DNA of 54,501 bases, the filler included, from Barthelona sp. PAP020 (taxonomy: Eukaryota), in NCBI GenBank assembly GCA_040182905.1. It is 2 parts of 2 records of this genome, joined end to end, with 100 filler letters (N's around TTAATTAATTAA, not from the genome) between each part and the next. Parts side by side here need not be neighbours in the genome. Positions count along the whole stretch, not along the records: positions 27,500 to 54,501 come from JARQWU010000132.1; 1 more part is not named here. One strand, given 5' to 3'. A program made the position numbers and the translations under genes. Positions 43,501 to 51,717 of the stretch are shown piece after piece (the stretch's first letter is position 1; every line of letters starts with the position of its first letter). The notes under the pieces were generated by a model, which saw only the letters and a program-made list of their open reading frames with translations, had not been told where the DNA came from and searched no databases.

Positions 43501-46500
43501 TTCTCTTATTAGATAACAATGTAATTCCATCGTTTAAAGAAAAAAAATCTTGTTCGATTGAAAAGTCAAGACTTAAATCAACCCAAAAGGAACTATCTCT
43601 GGCAAAATCGTTTATTTGCTTCAGAATGTTGAAGATTTCATTTAATTCAACAAAATATTTCATAAAATTTTCATAATTTTCAAAAACTTTCAAATTATTA
43701 ACATAATGTTTAAAATCAATGAATAAAGACAAAACAAAACCATAGTCAATCAAATCAATGTTGACATTATTATTTTGAGTAAGGAAATGATTGGCAGATT
43801 GAATCAATTTCAATAGATCATCAAGTTCTTGCATTTTTCGTTTACAATCTTGGATATTAGTCAAATCTGAACTGTTTGAAATCATTTTAAACAATTTTCT
43901 ATCTCTAAGATTTTTATTGAAATCATTCTCAATCAGATTTAGTTCAAAAAAGCATTCTTTTGCCAGAACAATCAAATTACTGATGTATAATTCATTATCA
44001 TAAATTTTTTGAATTGAAGAAAATTGAAAATTCATTTTGTCAATCTTTTGATTGAGATTTAACGTTTTGTTGATGATTTCAGTCTGTTTTTTTCGACAAT
44101 CAATTTGAATTTGTGTTCGATATTCATTATTTTTTATAAATTTACTAATATTAGCTTGAGTGCTATTCATTTGATTTGCTAAAGATTCCTGGAAAATATT
44201 TATCTCCTTCAAACATCGTTCAAATTTTATCTTATCCAACTTTTTTGAAAATTTCATCAAAACATTCTTTAATTCATTCAATAGAGGTTTTAATTCTTCC
44301 ATTATATGAATATAAGGCAAAATCTTATGTAAATACATTTTTTTAGGTTTATTTAAATATTTTCTTTGTTTTAGAAAATTTAATAATGGAACTTTCATCT
44401 GTTCAACATTCATAATTATTAGCTCGTTGACCAAATTTATGCAATATTGTAAACGATAATTTAAATTCGAACGAAATTGAGTAAAATCGTATAAAACAAA
44501 ACCCAATTGTTCATATTCATTGATAGAATTAAAGATTTCTTCAAAAGTCATCACTAATTTAGTTTCTTTAGTGAAACCATCCAAACATTCGTTAATCCTA
44601 TCCATATTATAAAATTCAAAATCGAATATTTGAAATTTTGGATCAGAAACTTTCAAATTTTCATCAAACTTATTCTTTATTTCAAAAACAGGTAACATCA
44701 ATGAAAATAGATGTTGATTCTGAAAGATTGATGTCTTTTCATATGGAATAATCTTGGTTCTTAAATCATGTATCTTCTTGATGACAAAGTCATTACAATT
44801 ATTAAAAGCATTACTAATTCTTTGATTAATAACACCAAATGAAGGATTGGAAAGAATCACACTGCTAGTTGTATGTTTACTCCCTTTTAAACCGTACATT
44901 GATTTCCTTATGATTTGAGAAGCACTAAACTTAAAAGATTGCATTTCATCGTGATCAATATCAACATTTCCTGCAAGATTTACAGCCTTATTTAATTGTT
45001 GGGCTGTTTTAACTGATGATGATCTTGGAGATTTTAAATGAGATTCAGTCATACTTGTATTAACGTATTCAGCCTTTGGTAACAATAAATCATTAAAAGC
45101 TCTAGTAACATCGTCAAAAATTGATTGAATGATAAACTTTAATGTGAATTTTTCAGTTTCAATAGAAGAATCATTCACAATAACAATAGACGTGCGTAAA
45201 GAACGACCTTTTGAAGAAATACGACTTTTCTCTTTGAATAATTCTGTTGTTGTCAAACTATTCATAATTAAACTCTTCTTTTTTCCATTGAGGGAAATCT
45301 TACTGTTGTTACTACTACTGTTACGATCTTGTTTTGATCTTGAAGTGCTACTGGCGTCACTGTTTACATCAGACCTTGAATGGAGTGAATCATTATGTAA
45401 AACAGAATTAGAGGTAGCATTAGAATGATTGGCACTGGAATTTGAACCTGAAGAATATTTTCCAAATTGTTTTGACAATTTTATTTCAATTTTTCCACGT
45501 TTAGACATTGCAAAAAATGGTGAGGGATCCACAACAGCTTCGGATCCAAGAAAGTTAAAAGACCCCTTCATGAGCAAATTTGTTTGAAGAATTTCACTCA
45601 AATAATTGTATTCAAAGAGTAAATACCTTTGTAGACCATCCACTATTCTATGCTTGAGATAATCAACAAAATCAATCCAACCTGGATCACCTTGACCGAT
45701 CTCCAATTGAAAGAAGAAAATATTCAACTCAACTAACAATTTTTCTGAAAATCTCATGAAGGTATCAGAAAGGGTCAAAGTGAACAATGAAATGTATAGT
45801 TGGAAATCATTTGAATGACTAAACAATTGTTCGAACAAGACAGCATTGGATTCATTATTTGCTAATCCTTGGTGATATCTCAATTTTTTCAGATGAGAAA
45901 ATAGTGGAGGAATAGTTTCCAATAAATGGTCAACAGAATCTATAATAACCAGAGCAAAAGAAGATAAATTGGCAAAGGATGTAACAATTGATGACAATTT
46001 TTGAACAACTTCATGCAATGTTGGGGAAGCAGGTGTTAAATTTCTGCTAACTCGTTCTATATTAATTTTTAAATCGTCAAAATAATTACGAAACAAAAAA
46101 TGAATCTTTTGAGGAAGTTTTGCCAAACATTCATAAAATTTCTCTCTTTGTACACGCAGTTGAAATAAGTGACTAGAAATATCTTCAATTTCTCGAGTTT
46201 CTTTTGTCAAATGAAATAATTGATCAGAAGAAAGAAACGAACGAGTCAAACTTTTAGCAAATTTAAGAAAATTGATATACCAAATGTTAATATCTAAAAA
46301 TTCAAAATTTAAAACAATCTTAAATTCATTATTCATCCAATTAACAATTTGACTTTTAAAGAAATCTCTGAAAACGTCCTTATCATCATTAATTAAATGG
46401 TTTAATTCTTCTTGATAATCAACATATTGCTTTATTAAACTATCTCTGTGTTGTTGGAATTCAGCTTCATATTGTCTGATAGCAACCTTAATCTTTCGTG

Positions 46501-48325
46501 TTGATTGAGCAATACGTCCGGTCGATTGAATCAAATTCTCAAAGAGAAAAGTTTGTTCTGTAAAAATCCGTAACGCTCGGCCATACTTTTTAATTTCAAT
46601 GAAAAATTCAATACATTTGAATCGGTATAACAATTGATGCTTATCTTCCAAATTATCTTTGATCATTTGATGAATTTTTATTGAGTTGATATCCATATTA
46701 TTGATTGTAAAAGTTGATTCTTTAATATTTGTTTGATTTGTATAAATATCCAGCAGTTCATTAACGCTTTGCCAATACAAATCAAAAAAATCATCAATAT
46801 CATCAGACATAGCATCAAATTTCAATATATCTCCCAAAAACATACCAACAGTACAAATTTTCACATCGACATTACGACAATGCTTTAAACTGTCCAGAGT
46901 TAATTTGACATAATGTGGATACTGTCTGTTGATAAATTTCCCAAAATCTCGAATCTTTATGTATTTTTTTTGTTTCCATTTTGAAAATAATTTGGATATA
47001 AACCTTGTTTGTGTTTTTATCAAGAGAAATGTTGAATCACTCTTTAATTTTGAAAACAAAGGATTTATAATACTTGTAATGAAAATGGGTGTTGCTAGAT
47101 TAATCATCAAAGCAATCAATGACAATTTGGAAGAAATATCAATGATAGAAACAATATATTCCAAGTATATTTGAATCTTTTTGCTAATTTTAACAGAATA
47201 TTTCTTCCAAATGATTTTATTCTCCTCTTTAATCAAAAAATTTTCAAATTCCTCAAATATTCCAATAATATGACTCAAATTTAAACTTATTCGTTTCCAA
47301 ACGTTTAAATTTATTTCAACAATAGATATAAACTCATGCCAGAATCTAGTAGGAGAACTAATACCTGCTAGATCATGAAATTTACTCAAAGTACCTTCCA
47401 CTTCCTTGTAAAAAAGTTGACATAATTTCTCAAAACAAATTTCAAAAAACTCAGCAAAATTAAACTGATTTACACAAGAAAACTTTTTTAAACTTAACAT
47501 CATCAGAGATAAGATCCTATGACAATTGTTTTTTGATATCAAACTATCAGAAACATTTGTTTCTAACTGTTTAAAATAGTCTGAAGTTTTTTTAAGAAAA
47601 TAATTAATCTGGATACATTGTCTATTCAAAAGTTCAAACCTATCAAATATTAAGATGGCTTTAGAAGAATCTTGGGATGGATTCAAAACAAACTTTCCAT
47701 CTTTTTCATATTCTTGTCTGATTTCAGTTCTGCGATGACAAAAAACCGATAACCTCTTTTCGAAATCTTGCCAAAACTTTGTGAAATTTTCAAAAGATTT
47801 CAAAACAGGATTATATTTTAAAACATAATCAAAATAATGTACGAAATGTTTTAATTCATCATTCTTAGATGTATAGATTAAATCGATCAAAGGAAATATT
47901 GGAGAAAACATTTGGTCATTTTCATTTGAACTGGCAATAAAGAGATTATTAAAATTTTTATATTTATAATCCTTTTCAATCAAATTAAACAAAGGCACCA
48001 ACATTTCAAACACAAATGGATTAATAATGGAAAAATTAGGCAAAAATGTATAATATAAATCATTGGTATTAGTATTATTTATGGTAGTTGTTACAATTTT
48101 ATTGGTATATGGTTCGGTAATCTTATAGAAAACTAATAAAGAAGAATTTTCTTTGGTCCTAAAAAAATTAAACCCCGTTTTAACTATATATTCTTCATTT
48201 AATTCAAAAAATATTTTTCTATAAGTTCTATTATGCAAAAAAATTTCAATAACATCAAAATAATCATCCAAATTCAAACAATTTGAATTACAACACAAAG
48301 ATACTATTTTTTCTACATAATTCAT
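31538..48325 (-). CDS. Giant divergent dynein-heavy-chain-like protein (5595 aa), probably catalytically inactive, with two IQ motifs
   Basis: Colinear dynein landmarks: linker KYPRLGLLDDTKL, AAA1-like VLLGDCRTHQLSTV, AAA3-like PKKNKKLIISVDN, two stalk coiled coils ending ELTILNGQW, and AAA5-like FIVFDPLQ...FKIFVSIVNPLINPYF...YVDFTF. Confidence 0.8.
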   Translation of the reverse strand: MNYVEKIVSLCCNSNCLNLDDYFDVIEIFLHNRTYRKIFFELNEEYIVKTGFNFFRTKENSSLLVFYKITEPYTNKIVTTTINNTNTNDLYYTFLPNFSIINPFVFEMLVPLFNLIEKDYKYKNFNNLFIASSNENDQMFSPIFPLIDLIYTSKNDELKHFVHYFDYVLKYNPVLKSFENFTKFWQDFEKRLSVFCHRRTEIRQEYEKDGKFVLNPSQDSSKAILIFDRFELLNRQCIQINYFLKKTSDYFKQLETNVSDSLISKNNCHRILSLMMLSLKKFSCVNQFNFAEFFEICFEKLCQLFYKEVEGTLSKFHDLAGISSPTRFWHEFISIVEINLNVWKRISLNLSHIIGIFEEFENFLIKEENKIIWKKYSVKISKKIQIYLEYIVSIIDISSKLSLIALMINLATPIFITSIINPLFSKLKSDSTFLLIKTQTRFISKLFSKWKQKKYIKIRDFGKFINRQYPHYVKLTLDSLKHCRNVDVKICTVGMFLGDILKFDAMSDDIDDFFDLYWQSVNELLDIYTNQTNIKESTFTINNMDINSIKIHQMIKDNLEDKHQLLYRFKCIEFFIEIKKYGRALRIFTEQTFLFENLIQSTGRIAQSTRKIKVAIRQYEAEFQQHRDSLIKQYVDYQEELNHLINDDKDVFRDFFKSQIVNWMNNEFKIVLNFEFLDINIWYINFLKFAKSLTRSFLSSDQLFHLTKETREIEDISSHLFQLRVQREKFYECLAKLPQKIHFLFRNYFDDLKINIERVSRNLTPASPTLHEVVQKLSSIVTSFANLSSFALVIIDSVDHLLETIPPLFSHLKKLRYHQGLANNESNAVLFEQLFSHSNDFQLYISLFTLTLSDTFMRFSEKLLVELNIFFFQLEIGQGDPGWIDFVDYLKHRIVDGLQRYLLFEYNYLSEILQTNLLMKGSFNFLGSEAVVDPSPFFAMSKRGKIEIKLSKQFGKYSSGSNSSANHSNATSNSVLHNDSLHSRSDVNSDASSTSRSKQDRNSSSNNSKISLNGKKKSLIMNSLTTTELFKEKSRISSKGRSLRTSIVIVNDSSIETEKFTLKFIIQSIFDDVTRAFNDLLLPKAEYVNTSMTESHLKSPRSSSVKTAQQLNKAVNLAGNVDIDHDEMQSFKFSASQIIRKSMYGLKGSKHTTSSVILSNPSFGVINQRISNAFNNCNDFVIKKIHDLRTKIIPYEKTSIFQNQHLFSLMLPVFEIKNKFDENLKVSDPKFQIFDFEFYNMDRINECLDGFTKETKLVMTFEEIFNSINEYEQLGFVLYDFTQFRSNLNYRLQYCINLVNELIIMNVEQMKVPLLNFLKQRKYLNKPKKMYLHKILPYIHIMEELKPLLNELKNVLMKFSKKLDKIKFERCLKEINIFQESLANQMNSTQANISKFIKNNEYRTQIQIDCRKKQTEIINKTLNLNQKIDKMNFQFSSIQKIYDNELYISNLIVLAKECFFELNLIENDFNKNLRDRKLFKMISNSSDLTNIQDCKRKMQELDDLLKLIQSANHFLTQNNNVNIDLIDYGFVLSLFIDFKHYVNNLKVFENYENFMKYFVELNEIFNILKQINDFARDSSFWVDLSLDFSIEQDFFSLNDGITLLSNKRKNEMTVFLINKHIEFQKLGLRLENIERVIMSTKLTNQNFPFNLVKNSSIFRFYENIAYQAYLKNKELEVTKQKETVKETTEQLELRLFVSSLQREIRYVEEKMKDFELKKNLKDKQMLKKQLRMSQQKSTQFWKDPSKKDVCIYIQRLCRGILLRYRVKYEKYLLKVYDERKLQTLGNEHVINLQRHWRAYLTRNETIPAILNEITKNSSQNSQLGFDLGMDKSHPNRLSDKQSLSSFSYGGDNSYLLKMDDEFKFNGIMNHNVFEEFSLFSSFIEQHDLSLNRYELGLDFFFKKQSYKMEECDDVPIIKKLLECKLELYDILNQNEELWETVDTLIDHITQLRKLYCSIFCLGLIFDFSIVLFHLIDRYRGGNPNSNENVSTISNKITESDEIYERIFDKQKEFHEIFRMNNIQFSQNLLRLKDSMVFDKLYSTTVPNFCRLFNIFKSLIVQKYPRLGLLDDTKLMFTVFHFFRFEYSDLLKINITDFNSVGNGYQSKEYFETRLINNFVHNIFPSINNIIINDGFINTALSFEAYNFNLIMDLYFDENSFRMSSKSLLSGISSFKDQQNLIFEHVNFATPINLNELTDIVDLCKAIECVLTQETKLVNANLIKIETLFFESYDIQELLKSIFKLRINDASRLLNNIIIKLKPLIDNEDEYACLIYRIFIVLCAFKAKNKSIKSNNVFIDQLCNVLFPIMTEYHLFAFKDYLYFKNLANTSYSTSHMTKKNVPEDIDFENLNIDEIEEFDDEDDEEEEFNSGSFDFGNELVLKYQNFLTNEQFYNYEAKCFKRQEITVDFYKNTANMYGISDFELGFNPFSYKSGILTGVYITRHHQIIGTLMEDGLVPVLLGDCRTHQLSTVTGLCNVIKYEFLTFSLPMLEVEFHQSFDIVLDTLIQAILDSFTLLFLRDVDGLSSKQQLDLLSTLKKYPSAKVILSSEVKIDLLYSISHEVYLVLSDHVVPGYHISLALSNSYDIDLSLALSHALAKSNIYFLGLSETQQELFLLNDSIVQTQIAMLMSFVQSSSFVKSFAKYGKNIAYTDICMELLKLTESIISYLSPLSTFNPNFFSMPIDERVSLLPIPGKKLIKPTKTFDMIQQHEFLSDKNLSALNIVEEDLYDTITLLLTGLNYKNNEILIRYRSEGAVYWSDLISKIFETYVKSFKGYKNTNTIVVSHSLRFEDFIESYQSIDSLNAFGFQMVQEVVSKMELIKVTEETNVIIAPLCHCIVFPTTLNIIMIKSIVDKICRVINVMLYNKFSAKIASFEVKPHILYYVNENVQTDVDLMEYDIKTHNTIPTADILRTLDFSFTLMFKTDLMNLNRIFCTKKIQNHLIYWKSRLNLEDLKELIWIINDSYEFLLKLGSNNYVCTQMKIFNGISCTLEVFFEFFSLYSQHYQNDTKIEIFLSIIILVFEIGIVCINKDPIKVGYINYLNDNILMKKCPQFHSLVDLELLKACQTKILSMNNGLVERNYKNYWQLLGCCIDLNLIDKPVYFDLDRSVNFSNLNDYMKEVTNMIENDEIFESYSFILTPVDTVDSIFEKLVDFMPVQKNNHIFPKKNKKLIISVDNSLVFGKELFQFFINIARSEPIAIKNQRYTFKNCFVVFVVNFFAINQNYIHIDWTKGLFDASSVILYPYPEYRNLDLEKILANLDNYDVFWKNNFDYTKMVYTCVNDIFNTLISNFPRSIIDSSIYFNINDRNYILKIMYKLKPNEKNPLISILMFLRCFLQIYTHIRTRSPDNRRFIVETLDVFIKQTDQTVSFDWLNQIERMTFIHQYSAEKVSGKSSTNELIRKNVSMGPFVLVKKIAILKRRLLRLFHYENFLNIGVSFSFIQYLMFYHICVEIGGFTMIQEVLSDVEMFIQKNVLPSLISPEDNILCLRFKVRSKFEEMKKELIRMITHCLNNGKCLAILPYEFFLNLEKNKEISESFVQLLFFDQIENPFWSEKSLKGFWLLLKKICGENLEDFKKKYIFHAYESEDIDTDVAMARFALDLLKNRLTVSIISHPKYLNNFVHIEKLLPLSITGISVTRLFDEEKNSIHYISDMLLYRQVLLDEIINEQTNPTFMGVDLKVFDGKIPEFDELERDSICFHLANTMNLITTYYSSISVKIDKNHSAINDLQEKLQENIGSWNEPCIPLICRFIDTFLMTYLILSRLPLIEYKTLSDCCKVIDKFFEKNERSIGDLGMKKNLLSSEISSSNDCIRLLGQETIRYKESAKQLKDLEVQLEKQKELIDNINLEVEDYEKKILPLRNNLSIIYEKLSALNHPPTDEFEEKLHADIILVRKMNTISQIYLPIVKIFLMLSENVSKLPTNLDISRKFKRCSTNLSIFFSILNSINIQTLNGSTIDAVGYILPEIRNIRGNLLFELLYQYCELIFKNFKRQIPLDLSKSQQRKCQMDFDNVQNKFNNAQHKLTDIEKKRKSLEKKLKNSMKTIVRLQDSIGKIEKSAELAQQCLKELTILNGQWQDNLAMVAIDIENKTSITSGGMNFHNQMHSQSQSQSQINSQTSSRTDLYSVVNKNENQTLSPVVMSIIIAFFFEIYPRFDFQAKEEIFTAMINDLVDRRLIAEFYQTDKNRIKDLIQGTCKKIFDFDMPTCYKMKVPNASEMKEMFTLNDNDTLNEDIASDSFASISDDVSTDSSSSGNIKKARSEKKEKFVDFMAVDLKDLVQINEIMEEDENEHSLVVSRSNSPKHLMVQFSEDNDVASQQFANIENLTSLFNEDLISSTEQSKEDIINSLKSMSGSAYGKDEFKFEDNESNRDRQSNQSKNDDVESEITSIVEPLIYSNNMADEEEFEIIRTKLPIDESDRSEIDSVYDNDLGYTTQMQFINDTSSIHSCESENEIFVDNNFADESNKYKDTDMHGFSNVEDGTAPVLDNEITKTQLDFDDARCFDIIEREFKGVIGTIIKCVDYDVLSTALIPMNSIENIVSKSFLLPTMKSFIVFDPLQLCYSFLKNYYSSLKIYSIYIYDLKQKVLSCIKNGNSIYFTDYDPKFSLPIWFSSLLKNLSNHDTHCTIDGQTYVLQKKFKIFVSIVNPLINPYFNDPILSHVRYVDFTFNYNEVESYSVIYGAKKRSKSEYKLLKMFIGMKEYYEKLEIEKEQKIVSLIVERLNFTAINSELVDNILKFFSELNEIRHSITIIDWIVNNLNERFNKQIFGKELILASALAMCELTYRLNDGSIALSLDSLNDLFIHKNENNNLQELNTVDNSDYIIEMCKLLTDAVSHIVNCVDVLNRHSVGLVFLKHLKIIKSNQIAAFSSICSGDIIELDQLIEFLSEDSLNILKNFIEKNVDKDNALFDWIDSDRPFLTINETFNCQNLTQTFDMILILITFKNDLLVDALDFFLKPLLPKTCLGPFSQDFDVIYSDDTSGILLTQYPDAKIIIIPFVMEKQIPQQTVFLDMTKVYTKKQLKSFGNFLAVRHAEFFNIEILFLVSQLQKFQHLFIITDSLDIFNLSSSIKKMATIPSNAVSIMPDFCPILQETFCIKSFFDQLMTATIFASPNFSGRVCLGIGILHSSLNVVLSTIGYPPVSDIVVTRCMSYVMTHFTQEELAKLPLKDILFDLTAKIYPWVVPSGKSLVFVQNVFNMVIGNKYFLNNSDCLAVPTPELTLAEVGEYLRQNNKQALITTNKIQLMLGINGLSQQALEMINLKTTKIFRNLNIEQFGLSNKLQEKLKMDLLNQITMNIRSLSFDTIDYKTIFAENLKTNVSLLIKYIYNEMVTSCLIKKWFLEELYKLREILTGKLNGLNAFAEVLVLPSKRVPPRYLRLYDPKLFFAEFTPPKLNSGNTRIMIEHDVNVFVDSLRNHCLLFVGLYKEIVKELELNENSKVVSKILKLFKLSNIAINTCSYPNVLLLALATTNTSINLNESCVVFSRTNKLMQDESHEYVTRISNLELSYSQINDSNHLVFNFSKRVKFDDLFLFVLDIKNPIVQQNCVAVPMKNGANLSLLKTYLYDLHFDMTDDEKGFVCLQPVQFK
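35975..35998. repeat. (TTGACT)4 tandem repeat encoding SQSQSQSQ in the dynein-like protein
   Basis: Read directly from the sequence. Confidence 0.9.
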
Positions 48326-48488
48326 TTCTTTTTTGGTTTAATAAAACTCTTTGTGTCAAAAAGAATTATGGTTTCTTTTCTTTTTTTCTTTCTTTTTTGG
48401 GAACCAATTCATTATAGTTCAATCCTTTTGAATCATTATAAATTTAATTTTTTCTTTGTTTCAAACAGACTTCCTTTTTTCTTTTAAT

Positions 48489-48905
48489 ATGTTTCAACAA
48501 ATTGAATTTTCTTTATCTCCACATGGAAAAGGGGTGTATGATATTACTGATGAAATATATGCAAAGATTAGTGCAATAATTAAAGATAGTCCTTGTGGAT
48601 TGATCCATATTTTTATGAAGCACACCTCAGCTGGGCTTACCATCAATGAAAATTTCGATAGTGATGTAAAATTAGATTTAAACGATGAATTAGATCGGTT
48701 GGCCCCATTTACAAACAAGTTAAGACATTCTGATGAAGGTGTTGATGATATGCCTGCACATTTGAAATCTTCAATAGTTGGTTGTGATCTTACAATTCCT
48801 ATTCGCAATGGCAGATTAGGCCTTGGAACTTGGCAAGGTATTCACCTAGTTGAATGTAGACAACATGTTCATCGTAGAACTCTAATAATCACAATAAACA
48901 CTTGA
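48489..48905 (+). CDS. yjbQ: YjbQ/UPF0047-family protein
   Basis: HTSAGLTINEN, HSDEGVDDMPAHLKSS and GRLGLGTWQGI. The first ATG is at 48489. Confidence 0.93.
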   Translation: MFQQIEFSLSPHGKGVYDITDEIYAKISAIIKDSPCGLIHIFMKHTSAGLTINENFDSDVKLDLNDELDRLAPFTNKLRHSDEGVDDMPAHLKSSIVGCDLTIPIRNGRLGLGTWQGIHLVECRQHVHRRTLIITINT

Positions 48906-49397
48906 TTATCAAAAAGATGAACATTTTTGTGTAGATAAACAGTGTTTTAACGTAAATAATATGTTTTAATGTTATATCTGATGTTAAACCAAAGAAAACT
49001 GTTTCTTGCACCTGCTATAAATTGAAGAATTTTTGTTTTTCATTCATGAAAATATTTTTTAGAACTCTGGTACCTTTATTCTAGGTGTTTTAGTTGGAAA
49101 AAGAATGAAGATTTTTATCTTTATTAGTTGTTGTTGATGTTCAATACTTTGATTGGCAAATCCTGAAAAGACACCAAAAAACTGTGCAAGATTTGTAAAA
49201 ATCAATTAATATCACCCATGTGCCTTTTGTATGCATAAAAACCAGTTAATTATCTAATTTGGTTGTCTGACTCACGATAAGGGAGTAAAAATTAATCTTT
49301 AACAACACAAACAACAGTTTTATCCCCCAAATTAGGAAAAGAAAAACTGTTGAAGCATTGAATTCAGTTTCTGGAAAGAATTTTTCGACAATATGAC

Positions 49398-50600
49398 ATG
49401 TCTATTCACTCAAATTGTGAAGTTATAAGGAAAAGTATTTGTGATATAGTTCCTCTCAAGATTGATGAAAACAATGTGAAGAAATTTGGAGGATGGTTTT
49501 CAAATTATATGAAAGATTGTCAATACTCACCAGATGGAAAACTTATAGCGCTAGGTTATTCTGATGGCAAGTTATATGTATTTGATGCAGAAACCGGAGC
49601 ACTAAATAACACTTTAAATGATTCAAGGTTTCTTGAAGGTGTTGCCTTTTCACGGGATGGACAAAAGTTGGTAACTTGTTCATTGGATTGTTCTATGATT
49701 ATATATAGCGTTCCAGATTTCTCTATTTTGAGCAGAGTGAAAAACCCCTTTAGTCTTTTGGGAATTTGTTTTTCTCATTGTGGTAATTTTTTGTTTTCTG
49801 GTGATGGTAAAGGAAATCTTAAGAAGTGGGACATAAACAATTCTGAGGTTGTTTTGGAAACACAGCTTTTTACTCACAAAGTTAACAGAATAAAACTTTC
49901 AACAGATTGTAAACATCTTTTAACCAGCAGTGAGGCTGATTATACTGCCAAATTAGTTGACTCCGAGAATTTCTCGGTTGTCCGTACATTCAATGATGAT
50001 AATATTATAAGAGTTGTTGAATTTCATCCAACCGAAAGAATAATTGTCATCAGTGGTGCTTCTCAACAAGTCAAACTCTGGAACATGGATGATGGATCTC
50101 TTATTCATACATTTAATTCAAATGGTCAAGTGTTTGATCTTCATTTTCTTGTACCCTCAATTCTGCTAAGCATGTCTGGTGATGGTTATATCACGTCATA
50201 CAATGTGGATACTTTGCAGGAGATTCAAAAGGTACATTGTGGGTGTGATAGGTTTAATTTTTCTTTTAATATATCTCCTGATAAAACGCAGTTGGTATGT
50301 GGAAGATGTGAAGGTATGTTCTTCAAGGTCTATTCAATTGTTTCTGAATGTGACTCTTCGCAAAAGCCCAAACTGATTGAATTGTCGAAGGAGAGTGGTT
50401 ATGTGATATCCAATCTTATTTCGATGAATTTTGATCTTGATATCATCAGGAATTTAGTGGCTGGAGGTATTTGCATAAATGCAAATGAAATTTGCGCGGT
50501 TCTTGACACATGTTGGGATTTGGTGGATTTTAATGAAAACAATGGTGGTAACATGTATTCATTTATGAATGAACAAAGTGATGAAAGTGATGAGGATTGA
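49398..50600 (+). CDS. WD40 beta-propeller protein, lineage-specific family (paralogue B)
   Basis: Colinear with 21853-23073 over its whole length, including the tail DTCWDLVDxNExNGGNM. Confidence 0.88.
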   Translation: MSIHSNCEVIRKSICDIVPLKIDENNVKKFGGWFSNYMKDCQYSPDGKLIALGYSDGKLYVFDAETGALNNTLNDSRFLEGVAFSRDGQKLVTCSLDCSMIIYSVPDFSILSRVKNPFSLLGICFSHCGNFLFSGDGKGNLKKWDINNSEVVLETQLFTHKVNRIKLSTDCKHLLTSSEADYTAKLVDSENFSVVRTFNDDNIIRVVEFHPTERIIVISGASQQVKLWNMDDGSLIHTFNSNGQVFDLHFLVPSILLSMSGDGYITSYNVDTLQEIQKVHCGCDRFNFSFNISPDKTQLVCGRCEGMFFKVYSIVSECDSSQKPKLIELSKESGYVISNLISMNFDLDIIRNLVAGGICINANEICAVLDTCWDLVDFNENNGGNMYSFMNEQSDESDED

Positions 50601-51372
50601 TTTGCTAATTTTAATTTTCTTTCATTTGCCAGTTAATTTATACTTGAAGGGATAAGATTAGAATTTTGGGGTGTTTTTGACAGCGGATTTCAATCAAAGT
50701 TAATTTTGAGAAACTGTGACTGTCTTTGATATTGTTTTTTTTTTGGGGAGGGAGGAGTGCTTTGAAGACTTGTATACCTTTAGAAGATAAGTTCAATAGT
50801 GAAAAAAATGTGCTGACAAAATTTTTTTTCGCTTTTTTCTGTCCCAAGGCAAAAATATTTATTTTTTTTTTTGGGGAAAGAAAAAATGTGGCAAGCAAAT
50901 AAATTGATTGTCTCATATTTCGTAATGGGTGAATTAAACACTTAATTGGGTGAATGTCTGTGAAATTGTTAGTTCCTTTTTTTTTTGTTCTTTTTCTGGT
51001 GAATTTTCAAAACTTTTACTTTAAAACGATTTAATTGACGTTTTTGTGAGCATATTTGAACACATACTCACTGTTGAACATTATTCCTACTTCTTTTAAT
51101 GATATTTGAGGCAAAGAAAATCTATTTGGTGCAATTTATTGGTCCAGTTGTGAAAAATCTGCATTTATATTCAAAGAAAGTAAACTCATAGAATCCATTC
51201 TAGCAAATTTCAGTCAAAAACCCCAGGGGGAATTGAGGGACCGAAGTGTAATTTTAACGGTGAAGTATGTGAATTTCAGAGAAATTCTTCATTCCAATTT
51301 TGCATTTGTAAAAACAAAATTTTAAAGTTTAAACTTTACCTTTGAAAATGTAAAGTTTTTCAATTGACTTAC

Positions 51373-51447
51373 TGGGCCTGGAAGGCTAATTAACAAATGA
51401 ACACTATTCTTTTTCGTTCACTCATACCCACAATGCTTCTTGGCTTG
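51373..51447 (+). repeat. Dispersed repeat B, copy 2
   Basis: Ungapped match of 62/75 nt to 27522-27596. Confidence 0.85.
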
Positions 51448-51607
51448 AAAATGATATGTTGGCAGTTTCGAATTACAAAATTAAAAAAATGTGGAAGTTC
51501 ATGCTCAATGAACGGAATTTATTGGAGATGTAAAGAGATCATCAAATATCACTTCCTTTATTTGTTGTTTTTTGACCACCTTTAGGTCCAATTTTTTAAG
51601 TTACTTG

Positions 51608-51717
51608 GGCATCTGAATCCACGTGAGTTTTCCCCAAACCTTAAGCTAACTCGTTTCGTTGTTCACTGAACAACTCATACCTCATAAATATCTAATAAAT
51701 ATAGTTGTTTCACAACT
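51608..51717 (-). repeat. Hairpin-rich segment sharing colinear motifs with positions 64-115 and 247-263 (putative repeat A)
   Basis: The minus strand carries GTTAGCT, GTTTGGGG, AAACT, CGTGGAT and TCAGATGCC. Inverted repeats lie at 51658-51674 and 51703-51717. Confidence 0.45.

Noticed and set aside
51366..51380. GACTTACTGG resembling the U1 snRNA 5' end
   Set aside because: It lacks the ACUUACCUG match and I could not find the U1 stem-loops or an Sm site in the right arrangement.
51645..51685. Hammerhead-ribozyme-like core on the minus strand (GGUAUGA-G-stem-C-GAAAC)
   Set aside because: The essential CUGA is replaced by GGUA, and I could not form stems I and III with an NUH cleavage triplet. 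Kept only as a hairpin.
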